Origin: a virus
Direction: 5' to 3' (one strand)
DNA length: 64,000 nucleotides
Virus record (IMG/VR): IMGVR_UViG_3300042937_000802
Location: 1-64,000 of that record
Within the stretch, counting starts at the first letter, position 1. Each line of letters begins with the position of its first letter. The notes under the pieces are model-generated. The model was not told the origin of the DNA and ran no database searches. It was given only the letters and a program-made list of their open reading frames with translations. Positions 15,913 to 24,352 of this stretch are shown here, piece after piece. The position numbers and the translations under genes were made by a program.

Positions 15913-16583
15913 TGCCAATACAAAAACGAACAACTGGTGCTGATAATCAACTATATTCAAATTATAGCATTGAGCCTTCACGTTTAAATCAAGTTGAGTA
16001 TGATCAAGAAGATCAACAAAAAAACCTCATGGCTTCTATTCAAGAAGCAATGAAAAATGATTTGTTTGTTAGTAAATTTAATCTTGGTGAAAAACAAAAA
16101 TACAATGGTTCTGATGAACAGCTTAAGACATATGAAAATCTTGAAGATTCAGATCCTGCATATGCAAGGTACATTGTATCCCAATATGGCTCTTATCAGA
16201 ATTTTTTGTTTGTAAATCAAATTCAAAAAAATTTTGATAGTGTGTTTGATCCAAGATATGATGTCAAAACAGATGTTACTGTTAACACAAAAGAAAAAAC
16301 ATATAAAAGTGACCACATATCACCAAATGAAATAATCATGGAAGGTCTTTCTGGAATTTGCACAATTGATTATTTGAAGAAAAATGGAAACAGTGATAGG
16401 TTTATCGGTACTTTGAACAAAAATATTATTGATTCTAACAAATCTTCTGAAAGAGTTCTATTTTTCAGTCCTTTACAAGGAAATAGAATTGTAATGTGGA
16501 ATTTAGTTAAAAAAGATTGGTCATCATTTTTTGTTAGTGGTTTAATTCGATTTGTCCGTGATGACACAATTGGAATTGAATAA
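15912..16583 (+). CDS. Protein with C-terminal WYL_2/DUF2693-like domain
   Basis: CTIDYLKKNGNSDRFIGTLN...MWNLVKKDWSSF. Confidence 0.65.
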   Translation: MPIQKRTTGADNQLYSNYSIEPSRLNQVEYDQEDQQKNLMASIQEAMKNDLFVSKFNLGEKQKYNGSDEQLKTYENLEDSDPAYARYIVSQYGSYQNFLFVNQIQKNFDSVFDPRYDVKTDVTVNTKEKTYKSDHISPNEIIMEGLSGICTIDYLKKNGNSDRFIGTLNKNIIDSNKSSERVLFFSPLQGNRIVMWNLVKKDWSSFFVSGLIRFVRDDTIGIE

Positions 16584-16592
16584 ATAATATTG

Positions 16593-16766
16593 ATGTCGAA
16601 TGATTCCAAAAGTTCTGATCATTTACATGCAATCCTTTTCCGAGAAGCGAAGATTATTCTTTCAAAATACGAAGACTATCTTCGGGATAAAATTACATCT
16701 AAAGAATTAGCAAACAAAATGTTAAGTCTTCGTGATGCAGTAAAAAGAATAGAAGAATCAAAATAA
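16593..16766 (+). CDS. 57-aa hypothetical protein, not in ORF track
   Basis: MSNDSKSSDHLHAILFREAK...; ATAAATA just upstream. Confidence 0.6.
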   Translation: MSNDSKSSDHLHAILFREAKIILSKYEDYLRDKITSKELANKMLSLRDAVKRIEESK

Positions 16767-16805
16767 TTATTGACCAGTAGTTTGTGTGTGCTATTATTGT
16801 TCGCC

Positions 16806-17843
16806 ATGATAGTAAACTACGAACCAAAACTAGATTATTCAGACGCACTTATTGTACCAAGACTTTCAGATGTTAAGTCTCGCAAAGATGTAAATCTTGA
16901 AGTTGGTACTACTTTTAATTGTGGGTCTTTTTGGAATGGTGTACCAGTGATGGCCGCAAACATGTCCACTGTTGGAACACATCAGATGGCTCTTGTATTG
17001 TCAGAGTACAAGATGATTACTTGTTTGAAGAAGGGTGGTGAATACTATGTTACTTTTGCCACTAGTTATCCAGACAAAGAAAAATATGTTTCGTTGACTC
17101 TGGGTTTGGATCCCGAAAGTAAATTGTTTGTTGATAATGCAAATATAAATGATCCAACTTTTGTTTGTGTGGATGTTGCAAATGGTTACATGACAGAATT
17201 TCATAACTTTGTAAAGAAAGTGAGACAGAAATGGCCGAAGTCAATATTGATTGCAGGGAATATAGTAACCCCAGAGGGGGTCGTGGCATTGTCAGATGCT
17301 GGAGCCGATCTAGTAAAAGTGGGAATAGGGTCGGGGTCGATGTGCCTGACACGCAGAGTAGCAGGAGTGGGATATCCCCAACTCTCGGCGGTCATAGAGT
17401 GTGTGGAAACCGCTGCAGCGTTAGGTATTGGGATCGTATCTGATGGAGGGATTGTACATCCTGGTGATTTTGCTAAGTCTTTTGTGGCTGGGGCTGCATT
17501 TGTTATGGCTGGAGGTGCATTTGCAGGCCATGACGAGTGTGGTGGAGAAATTCGCCACTCCAATAATAACGCATCACTCACGATGCTTCATTATGGTATG
17601 TCCAGCAAAACCGCAAATGAAAAATACAACGGAGGACTTAAGGATTACCGTGCTTCCGAGGGCCGCACTGTGGAAGTACCTTATCGTGGATCTGTACACC
17701 ATACCGTTCAAGAAATTCTTGGTGGATTGCGCTCTGCTTGTTCGTATGTGGGCGCTTTTAATTTGCCTGAACTGTATTCACGTGGTACAATGGTTAAGGT
17801 CAATCGTACTATAAACAATATTTTTGAGAATCACGAAATATGA
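16806..17843 (+). CDS. guaC: GMP reductase
   Basis: LDYSDALIVP, AANM, DVANGY, KVGIGSGSMCLTR, SDGG, YGMSS, RASEG, GGLRSACSYVGA. Confidence 0.95.
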   Translation: MIVNYEPKLDYSDALIVPRLSDVKSRKDVNLEVGTTFNCGSFWNGVPVMAANMSTVGTHQMALVLSEYKMITCLKKGGEYYVTFATSYPDKEKYVSLTLGLDPESKLFVDNANINDPTFVCVDVANGYMTEFHNFVKKVRQKWPKSILIAGNIVTPEGVVALSDAGADLVKVGIGSGSMCLTRRVAGVGYPQLSAVIECVETAAALGIGIVSDGGIVHPGDFAKSFVAGAAFVMAGGAFAGHDECGGEIRHSNNNASLTMLHYGMSSKTANEKYNGGLKDYRASEGRTVEVPYRGSVHHTVQEILGGLRSACSYVGAFNLPELYSRGTMVKVNRTINNIFENHEI

Positions 17844-18397
17844 ACATTTTTGTTTTGGACAATGACGCCGCCACTTCCGCTCGTATGATGTGCGACAAGC
17901 ATGTCGTAAAAATGATTCTTGAGTCTTGTCAGTTGCTTTCAACTGCCCACCATGTTTTGGATGGTGATCCGTTGGAAGTCAATACTGGTAAGCGTAGATA
18001 TGTTACTCATATCTGCACAAAAAAAAATATTTGCAAGGCTGCAATGATTAATCATCCATGCAATATTTGGACTCGCACTACTCAAGAGAATTATATTTGG
18101 CTTTGGAAACATGCATATGCATTGTGCAAGGAATACACTCGCCGTTATGGCAAAGTTCATTCTATGGAATCTATGTTGTTGAATGAACTGTATGATTGTC
18201 CTGTGAATTTGCCAAAAGGTAAGTTGACTACCTTTGTTCAAGCAATGCCGGAACAGTATAAGAATGAAAATGCAGTAGTTGCTTACCGAGAGTATTACCT
18301 CAATGAAAAAGCCCGATTTGCAAAATGGGCTTATTCAGAAACTCCTGATTGGTTTATTGTAAAAGATTCTTCTATTAAAGAACTTGTAGCTTTTTAA
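17840..18397 (+). CDS. Pyrimidine-dimer DNA glycosylase-like protein (DenV-related T4-like family)
   Basis: MNIFVLD...DKHVVKMILESCQLLSTAH...NHPCNIW...AYREYY. Confidence 0.8.
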   Translation: MNIFVLDNDAATSARMMCDKHVVKMILESCQLLSTAHHVLDGDPLEVNTGKRRYVTHICTKKNICKAAMINHPCNIWTRTTQENYIWLWKHAYALCKEYTRRYGKVHSMESMLLNELYDCPVNLPKGKLTTFVQAMPEQYKNENAVVAYREYYLNEKARFAKWAYSETPDWFIVKDSSIKELVAF

Positions 18398-19276
18398 TTA
18401 AGCCATCATTTCACCAGTATCGCGTTTATTTGTTTGAGCAATTTGTTTTAAGAATTCTTTTGCTTGTTCTCCTTTTTTTGGATCTTTGAATAATTGTAAA
18501 AGAATTGATGATTGTTTACTTTTATCGGTTTCTAGAAAATTTTTATATTTTTCAAAATCTTCATCTCTAAAATTAGGATCTAATAAAATTCCTGTTTTTT
18601 CAAAAAATCTCATTTTATTTTCACTCATGTGTGCCGCCAATTCTCCGGGAGATGTTACATACTTAGACATTTCAGATGGTATGATAGGATCTTTATCACT
18701 ATAATCATATCCTTTAGCATCTAAAGAAGAAGCTGGTCTATTTTTTGTTTTAAAAGTTTTTAATGCTAATGCATGTTGAAACTCATGCCAAAGAACATCG
18801 CTTAATGCACCAGTATCTTTTTTGTATTTTTCATTAGGTTGTAATTCATTTGATACTTTAGTTAAATCTTTTTTTATTGCTTCCATGCCTTCAGGGTATG
18901 GAGATCTAGCATTTGTATTAACTACAATTTGTGGATTTTGTTTTTTATAATCTACAATATTATTAGTTTTTTTATCTATCATTACTGTGCTTGGCGTTAT
19001 TCCCAATGGATCAGTTGGTCTACGTGGTTGTAAAGCAACATCTATTTTTTCAGAATAATCATCCAATTCTATTGATGGAAGATACCAATCTGGGTCAATT
19101 TCAGATGAATGTTGTGCTCTTCTTTGTTTTATACTTTCCAAATAATCTAATGCTTTTTGTGTTGATCCTAATCTATTGGATAAAGCATCCATTGCGGAAA
19201 TTTTATAAGTGCCATTTATTATACCTGTAGTATCTGATTGATTATTTTCTATAAGGTATTGTTTAAATCGAAGCAT
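18398..19276 (-). CDS. HExxH metallopeptidase-like protein with capsid-targeting-like N-terminus
   Basis: MLRFKQYLIE; LWHEFQHA...YVTSPGELAAH. Confidence 0.65.
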   Translation of the reverse strand: MLRFKQYLIENNQSDTTGIINGTYKISAMDALSNRLGSTQKALDYLESIKQRRAQHSSEIDPDWYLPSIELDDYSEKIDVALQPRRPTDPLGITPSTVMIDKKTNNIVDYKKQNPQIVVNTNARSPYPEGMEAIKKDLTKVSNELQPNEKYKKDTGALSDVLWHEFQHALALKTFKTKNRPASSLDAKGYDYSDKDPIIPSEMSKYVTSPGELAAHMSENKMRFFEKTGILLDPNFRDEDFEKYKNFLETDKSKQSSILLQLFKDPKKGEQAKEFLKQIAQTNKRDTGEMMA

Positions 19277-19328
19277 TTATTTGCCTTTGTTATTTTTTAT
19301 GTTATAGTGTATCTAACAAAGGATACCT

Positions 19329-19637
19329 ATGAACGTAAAACTATTTAGACTAAACTCGGGTGAAGAAATTCTCGCAAGATTTGAAGAGCAAACAGATTCT
19401 TGGCTCCTCAAGGATCCAGCAATTCTTATCCCAGTTGGTGAAGGTAATATTGGTCTAATGCCTTGGCTTATGTACAGCAAGGCTTCTAAGGGTGTAACTA
19501 TTCCCAAGACTTTTATTGCTTTTACTGTTGAGCCTCTTGATGAACTCAAGACTCAGTATGATTCCAGTCTCAATAGAGGACTCGTTACTCCGTCCAAGGC
19601 CGTCGATAAGACGGGTGGACTGAAGCTGACGTTGTAA
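19329..19637 (+). CDS. T4-like conserved small Sm-like protein
   Basis: VKLFRLNSGEEILA...MPWL. Confidence 0.75.
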   Translation: MNVKLFRLNSGEEILARFEEQTDSWLLKDPAILIPVGEGNIGLMPWLMYSKASKGVTIPKTFIAFTVEPLDELKTQYDSSLNRGLVTPSKAVDKTGGLKLTL

Positions 19638-19640
19638 AAT

Positions 19641-20015
19641 ATGAATATAGATCATGTGATTGAAAATTATCTTCCTATTGCCAAGCCACTGTCGATGGCA
19701 ATGGAAAGACAAAAGAAGCACATATCTTTGATCATCTATAAGCGCAAGATTATCGCGGTGGGTCAAAATGTTTTTAAGACCCACCCCGATACTGTGCGTT
19801 TGGGATATCGTTGCGCAGACATGCATTCTGAATTAGATGCATACAGAAAAGTTCCAAAGAGTCTACGTGGAGAAAAGTTGGTTTTGTTGAATTTTAGATT
19901 CAATAGATTTGGGTCTTTTAGAAACTCTAAACCCTGTCCAGTATGCACTAAATGGTGTGCAGAAATTTTTAATAAAATATACTATACCACAGATCAGGGA
20001 ATACAGATTCTATAA
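19641..20015 (+). CDS. Cytidine/dCMP deaminase-fold protein
   Basis: HSELDA and SKPCPVC zinc motifs. Confidence 0.75.
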   Translation: MNIDHVIENYLPIAKPLSMAMERQKKHISLIIYKRKIIAVGQNVFKTHPDTVRLGYRCADMHSELDAYRKVPKSLRGEKLVLLNFRFNRFGSFRNSKPCPVCTKWCAEIFNKIYYTTDQGIQIL

Positions 20016-20037
20016 ATATGTTTGAGGAATAAAACAT

Positions 20038-20709
20038 ATGGGTGTAGGAAAATCAATGAAAATTTTTATGGAAGGTGTCCAAAATTCCATGAATAGTACT
20101 TCAACTGGTGGTAAAATATTAAATACCCCAATGGGTCCATTTGCTTGGAATGATAACCTTCAAATGTGGGTTAACGTAAATAATGGTTTTTCAATGCCAA
20201 ATATTTCTATGCAAGATATGATGGCAATTGGATATGATACTTTAAGTGGAGATAATATTTCTGACGAATTCCCTCCAGAACCAATACAAATATGTACTGA
20301 TCTTATTCCTGCAATTTCTGCAACTACTCTAAATGTGTACCCCACTTCTATTGTATTTTTACCAGATTCTGTTACTACACCAACATTAAGTTGTTCTCCG
20401 TATATATATCTAACTGATAATAATGCAGGTGGTGCACTAGTACATCAGATACAATTTCAATACACTGTTAATTCTGGAACAAATTATACTAGTTATGTTC
20501 CACGTGCAGAAGGTGAGTATCGAACATTAATTCCATTTCCTGTTGAAGGTTCTTTAGGATCAACAGTTAGATTTAAAGCATTTAAAAAGGAGACTACTTT
20601 AAATTGGACTACTCCAGGTTCATATAGTTTTACTATAAAAAATGGATATGACAGGAGTACAATTGGTGCAGTAACTCTTATTACAATAAATATTGAACCT
20701 CCTGAATAA
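20038..20709 (+). CDS. Hypothetical, likely virion protein
   Basis: TATAAATA late promoter at ~20011; beta-rich. Confidence 0.65.
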   Translation: MGVGKSMKIFMEGVQNSMNSTSTGGKILNTPMGPFAWNDNLQMWVNVNNGFSMPNISMQDMMAIGYDTLSGDNISDEFPPEPIQICTDLIPAISATTLNVYPTSIVFLPDSVTTPTLSCSPYIYLTDNNAGGALVHQIQFQYTVNSGTNYTSYVPRAEGEYRTLIPFPVEGSLGSTVRFKAFKKETTLNWTTPGSYSFTIKNGYDRSTIGAVTLITINIEPPE

Positions 20710-20722
20710 AGGAAATTATTAG

Positions 20723-21049
20723 ATGACAACTAAAATTGGAGAATTTGGACCACAATCATTTGGTGATATTATTGTTCCTTGTGTAGTATATTCTGGATGT
20801 GTTACAACTAATTTTGAAAATGGATTGGACGGACCAGTAACATTAGAATTTCAAAATTTAAATGGAATTCTTCCTTACTTTGATAATGAAGTTTTATGCG
20901 ATGGACCATTTAATATTGAAAAAAATGCATCATTAAAATTTAAATTTTATATTCCAGATACTATTTCACCTAGTATAATACAAGGAACATTAATGAATAT
21001 TACACATAACGAAAAAGTATATGATTTAATATTTGGTATTGAAGGATAA
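20723..21049 (+). CDS. Hypothetical protein
   Basis: 108-aa ORF in late operon. Confidence 0.65.
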   Translation: MTTKIGEFGPQSFGDIIVPCVVYSGCVTTNFENGLDGPVTLEFQNLNGILPYFDNEVLCDGPFNIEKNASLKFKFYIPDTISPSIIQGTLMNITHNEKVYDLIFGIEG

Positions 21050-21052
21050 TTT

Positions 21053-21865
21053 ATGCCATATGCAATAACAGGATATCCAACTACATCTCCAAATGAATTA
21101 AGATTTAATGGAGTTACAAGTTATCACGGAAGATATGCAGATTCTTATATTTTAGGAAGTACATTAAGTACTACTGATCATACTTTTGGAAGTATATACA
21201 ATAAAATATTTACTAGTGAGATATTTATTAATGAAGGATTGGCAGCAGCAAATCCTAGTGGTGTCAAATCAGCATCTGATAAATTAATTTTTGGAATTTT
21301 AGAAAGTAAAAATAATCCCGTGGGGCTTACAACTGCTGCTCTACGAGGATATACTCTTTTTATCAAATATGGAGATGAAGGAGCTGCTGCCAATGTTGTA
21401 CCTTATGATAATATTAGAGAAAAATCTACATCATGGACTGCATATATTGGCGTAACTAAAAATGGATTTACGTTCACAATGAATAGATATTCGGCATTTG
21501 CATTGGGATTTAGAGATTTTGGAAATAACTCTAGTGGTTTAACTGGTCAATATGTTTATTATCTTATAAATGCAGAACCTAATAATAATGGTGAATTGAT
21601 ATGGAGAATGGCATTTTCTTTTGGAGGAACAAGTGGTACATTATATAATGGTCCGCCAGTATGGCATGATGGCTATTCAGCTTGGTTTGATTATACTAAA
21701 CCTCAAGGTCCATCTTTTTGGATAAATAATGATGGATGTATGCAGGGTGCTCTGTTAGATGCCACCAATTCTAGACAATCATCAAACTATCCACCACCAA
21801 ATCCATCAAATCCAGCTGATGGTTTATATGATCCATTTCCAATGCCAGTTGATTACGTACGATAA
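21053..21865 (+). CDS. Hypothetical, likely virion protein
   Basis: 270 aa, G/T/Y-rich. Confidence 0.65.
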   Translation: MPYAITGYPTTSPNELRFNGVTSYHGRYADSYILGSTLSTTDHTFGSIYNKIFTSEIFINEGLAAANPSGVKSASDKLIFGILESKNNPVGLTTAALRGYTLFIKYGDEGAAANVVPYDNIREKSTSWTAYIGVTKNGFTFTMNRYSAFALGFRDFGNNSSGLTGQYVYYLINAEPNNNGELIWRMAFSFGGTSGTLYNGPPVWHDGYSAWFDYTKPQGPSFWINNDGCMQGALLDATNSRQSSNYPPPNPSNPADGLYDPFPMPVDYVR

Positions 21866-21874
21866 ATCATAATA

Positions 21875-22156
21875 ATGTATCGTGGTGAATATAAAAAATT
21901 TTCTGCTGATGGAACTCTGAACGTATATTCAGCAGGAGATTATGTTTTATATCAAGGAAAACTTTGGAAAGCACAGTCTAATACAAACAGTGCTCCATGG
22001 GAAACAAACAATCCTTGGGAATTTACAGGTACTACTGAAACTTATATTTCAGACAGTATACCAATTAATCCCGTCAAAGGTCAGTTTTGGGTTACAAATG
22101 GCCGGATGTATGTTTACTATTATGATGGAAACGGTTATTCTTGGGTAGAAATGTAA
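21875..22156 (+). CDS. Carbohydrate-binding-module-like virion protein
   Basis: YSAGDYVLYQGKLWKA...PW (CBM5/12-like) and P..GQFW...YYYDGN..WVE. Confidence 0.65.
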   Translation: MYRGEYKKFSADGTLNVYSAGDYVLYQGKLWKAQSNTNSAPWETNNPWEFTGTTETYISDSIPINPVKGQFWVTNGRMYVYYYDGNGYSWVEM

Positions 22157-22362
22157 TGGCCAAGAAAAAAATTAAAAATCTCAATCGTAAACCAAATGAA
22201 AATGCCAGTTATTATTTTGTAGCACACGTTGATTCGGAGGGAGAAGTCACTCCTCTTCTCCTTACAGATGTAGAATACAAAAAAGCAAAACAAAGAGCAA
22301 ACAAAAATAAGGAAGATGTGCCAGAAGACTTTATAGTATTCAAACAAGCACATCGTTTATAA
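22156..22362 (+). CDS. Hypothetical protein
   Basis: MAKKKIK start coupled to previous stop. Confidence 0.65.
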   Translation: MAKKKIKNLNRKPNENASYYFVAHVDSEGEVTPLLLTDVEYKKAKQRANKNKEDVPEDFIVFKQAHRL

Positions 22363-22372
22363 ATATTATACT

Positions 22373-22735
22373 ATGTCCATCATCAAAACCATTTTAAATT
22401 TTCAAAATGAACTTAGACTCCATCACTGGGGTACTAAATCCTATGCTGCACACAAAGCCCTAGGAAAGGCTTATGAGTCTATTGATGCTCTTTTGGACAC
22501 TTTTGCTGAGACCTATATGGGTGCTCTAGGCAAGGAAGAACTAAAACAAATTAGTGAACTTCAACTAAATGGTCCTTATCGCACAACTGCAAATCAAGTA
22601 TTAAATTCTTTTGAAGATTATTTGATGAATGAACTTCCAAAAGAAATAGATGACTCGCAAACAGAACTGTTAAATATACGAGATGAGATGCTTGGAGTGG
22701 TACAACAAACCAAGTATCTCCTAACGTTAAGTTAA
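22373..22735 (+). CDS. Ferritin/Dps-like four-helix protein (DUF5856-like)
   Basis: HHWGTKSYAAHKALGKAYESIDALLDTFAETYMG...NIRDEML...KYLLTL. Confidence 0.8.
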   Translation: MSIIKTILNFQNELRLHHWGTKSYAAHKALGKAYESIDALLDTFAETYMGALGKEELKQISELQLNGPYRTTANQVLNSFEDYLMNELPKEIDDSQTELLNIRDEMLGVVQQTKYLLTLS

Positions 22736-22745
22736 GGAGTTACAG

Positions 22746-23111
22746 ATGAAAATTTCAGAGCTAGTTTACGAAATTCGCAACTTGGCTCGCAAAGAAGAAG
22801 ATCCCGTCAAAAAGGATCTTTTTTATCAATGCGCCAAATCAATGGAAATTCTTGGCAATCTTGCAAAGATATCCGACCTTGCTGTTGCAGAACATAATGC
22901 TGCTGAAAATCCAGCAGTAAATGAAGACGACAACATCAAATGGAATATTGATGATGTAACTTTAAAAATGCTTGAAGAGTACATAGATGACTTGGTGCAC
23001 TATGGATTTATGGATAAAGATGATAGATGGCCCTATGGCGAACAACCATTTACAAAATTTGTATCAAAATATTTAAAATCTCAAATTGTAAACGATTCTA
23101 ATACCGAATAA
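22746..23111 (+). CDS. Hypothetical protein
   Basis: 121 aa, AAGGAG RBS. Confidence 0.7.
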   Translation: MKISELVYEIRNLARKEEDPVKKDLFYQCAKSMEILGNLAKISDLAVAEHNAAENPAVNEDDNIKWNIDDVTLKMLEEYIDDLVHYGFMDKDDRWPYGEQPFTKFVSKYLKSQIVNDSNTE

Positions 23112-23680
23112 ACCTTCGGTGGGATTGTTTTGTGACTCAAAACAGCCATATTTGATGGCATAATCTTTAAAACATACTTGCTATAGTATGGATTTCGCTT
23201 GTATGAGTGAAATTTACGAGTTTTTTCCATCAAAAAGTGGCTGTAGATGTACACATGGGCTCGTTTTGCGTACATTTTGCTGTTAATGGCTAGGTTGAAG
23301 TCCTTGATGATCTTCATAGCTCGTCTTTCGCAGTCTCTCTCCATGGCTCGTACAATGAAAAAAGCTCGTTTTACCTTTTTGAGAGGATAATTTTTGCCTT
23401 TTAACCACGCATCGACGATGGTTGATGCCTCATAAGATTTGTTATAAATTTTAGAGCTGTTTATATATTGCAAAAAATGGCAATATTCGTGTACCAGAAC
23501 CTGCATAAATTCATTTGCTTTGCCCGCAACGGCAATAGCCTTGCCAGATTCATCAAAATAGCCAGAACAACGGAAACCATCTACATTTACATGTTTTCCA
23601 CGGCCAATAATAAGTTTCATACCGTATTCTGCGAGATGTTGCCTCACAAATTTTACGAACTGACGATTGCTCTGAGCCAT
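23081..23680 (-). CDS. HExxH zinc metallopeptidase-like protein
   Basis: LVHEYCHFLQ...ERDCE; GGAGG RBS. Confidence 0.7.
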   Translation of the reverse strand: MAQSNRQFVKFVRQHLAEYGMKLIIGRGKHVNVDGFRCSGYFDESGKAIAVAGKANEFMQVLVHEYCHFLQYINSSKIYNKSYEASTIVDAWLKGKNYPLKKVKRAFFIVRAMERDCERRAMKIIKDFNLAINSKMYAKRAHVYIYSHFLMEKTRKFHSYKRNPYYSKYVLKIMPSNMAVLSHKTIPPKVYSVLESFTI

Positions 23681-23774
23681 AGGGCCTCCTTCAGTCAGAA
23701 TTATTTAGGGAATTGCTTGACAGTTGAGATATAGGGTGTATATTATGGCAACTTCTTATAAGAAAGGAAAGTTT

Positions 23775-24011
23775 ATGGAAATTACTACTGTTGATCGTCC
23801 GACCAAGATTCAGAGAGTGTTTGATTTTATGCGCAGCGGTGCGTCTTTGACTGCTGGCGAGGCTCGCAAGCGTTTCCGCGTTACTAATATGCGCGCAACG
23901 ATGCATGATCTCCGTGAGGCTTTTGATCGCTTTGACATGAACTACACCGTAGTTCGTGAGACAAAGAATGGTCGTTCGTACTACCGTGTAGTCCGTAATC
24001 GGTCTCGTTAA
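23775..24011 (+). CDS. Winged helix-turn-helix protein
   Basis: KIQRVFDFMRSGASLTAGEARKRFRVTNMRATMHDLR...GRSYYR; TTGACA promoter, AAAGGA RBS, terminator 24029-24063. Confidence 0.75.
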   Translation: MEITTVDRPTKIQRVFDFMRSGASLTAGEARKRFRVTNMRATMHDLREAFDRFDMNYTVVRETKNGRSYYRVVRNRSR

Positions 24012-24094
24012 ATTTTAGTAAAGTTTGTAGCAACAAAAGCTCCTTTTAGGAGCTTTTGTTGTATTTGCGTATAAATATAGTGTGAGATCTTCAT

Positions 24095-24328
24095 ATGCCT
24101 AAAAAAGCCTGTTGTCAATGTGTCGCCAAACGTTCTTGCTGCAATCCAACATTATATGAGAATTTTATTACATTGTATGGAAATACAATGATAACTGCAT
24201 CTCCCGTACATCCTACTGACATTCTAGTTTTAAGAATGAACAGACCGGGAGTACAACGAAATCCTGCATTAGTGTATGATCCACCAGTCAGTGGAACAGA
24301 CCCTTGTCAATGTGACTGTTCCGGTTAA
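24095..24328 (+). CDS. Small Cys-rich protein
   Basis: MPKKACCQC...CC...CQCDC; TATAAATA upstream. Confidence 0.7.
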   Translation: MPKKACCQCVAKRSCCNPTLYENFITLYGNTMITASPVHPTDILVLRMNRPGVQRNPALVYDPPVSGTDPCQCDCSG

Positions 24329-24352
24329 TTAATAAATTTATTTTGGTATAAA

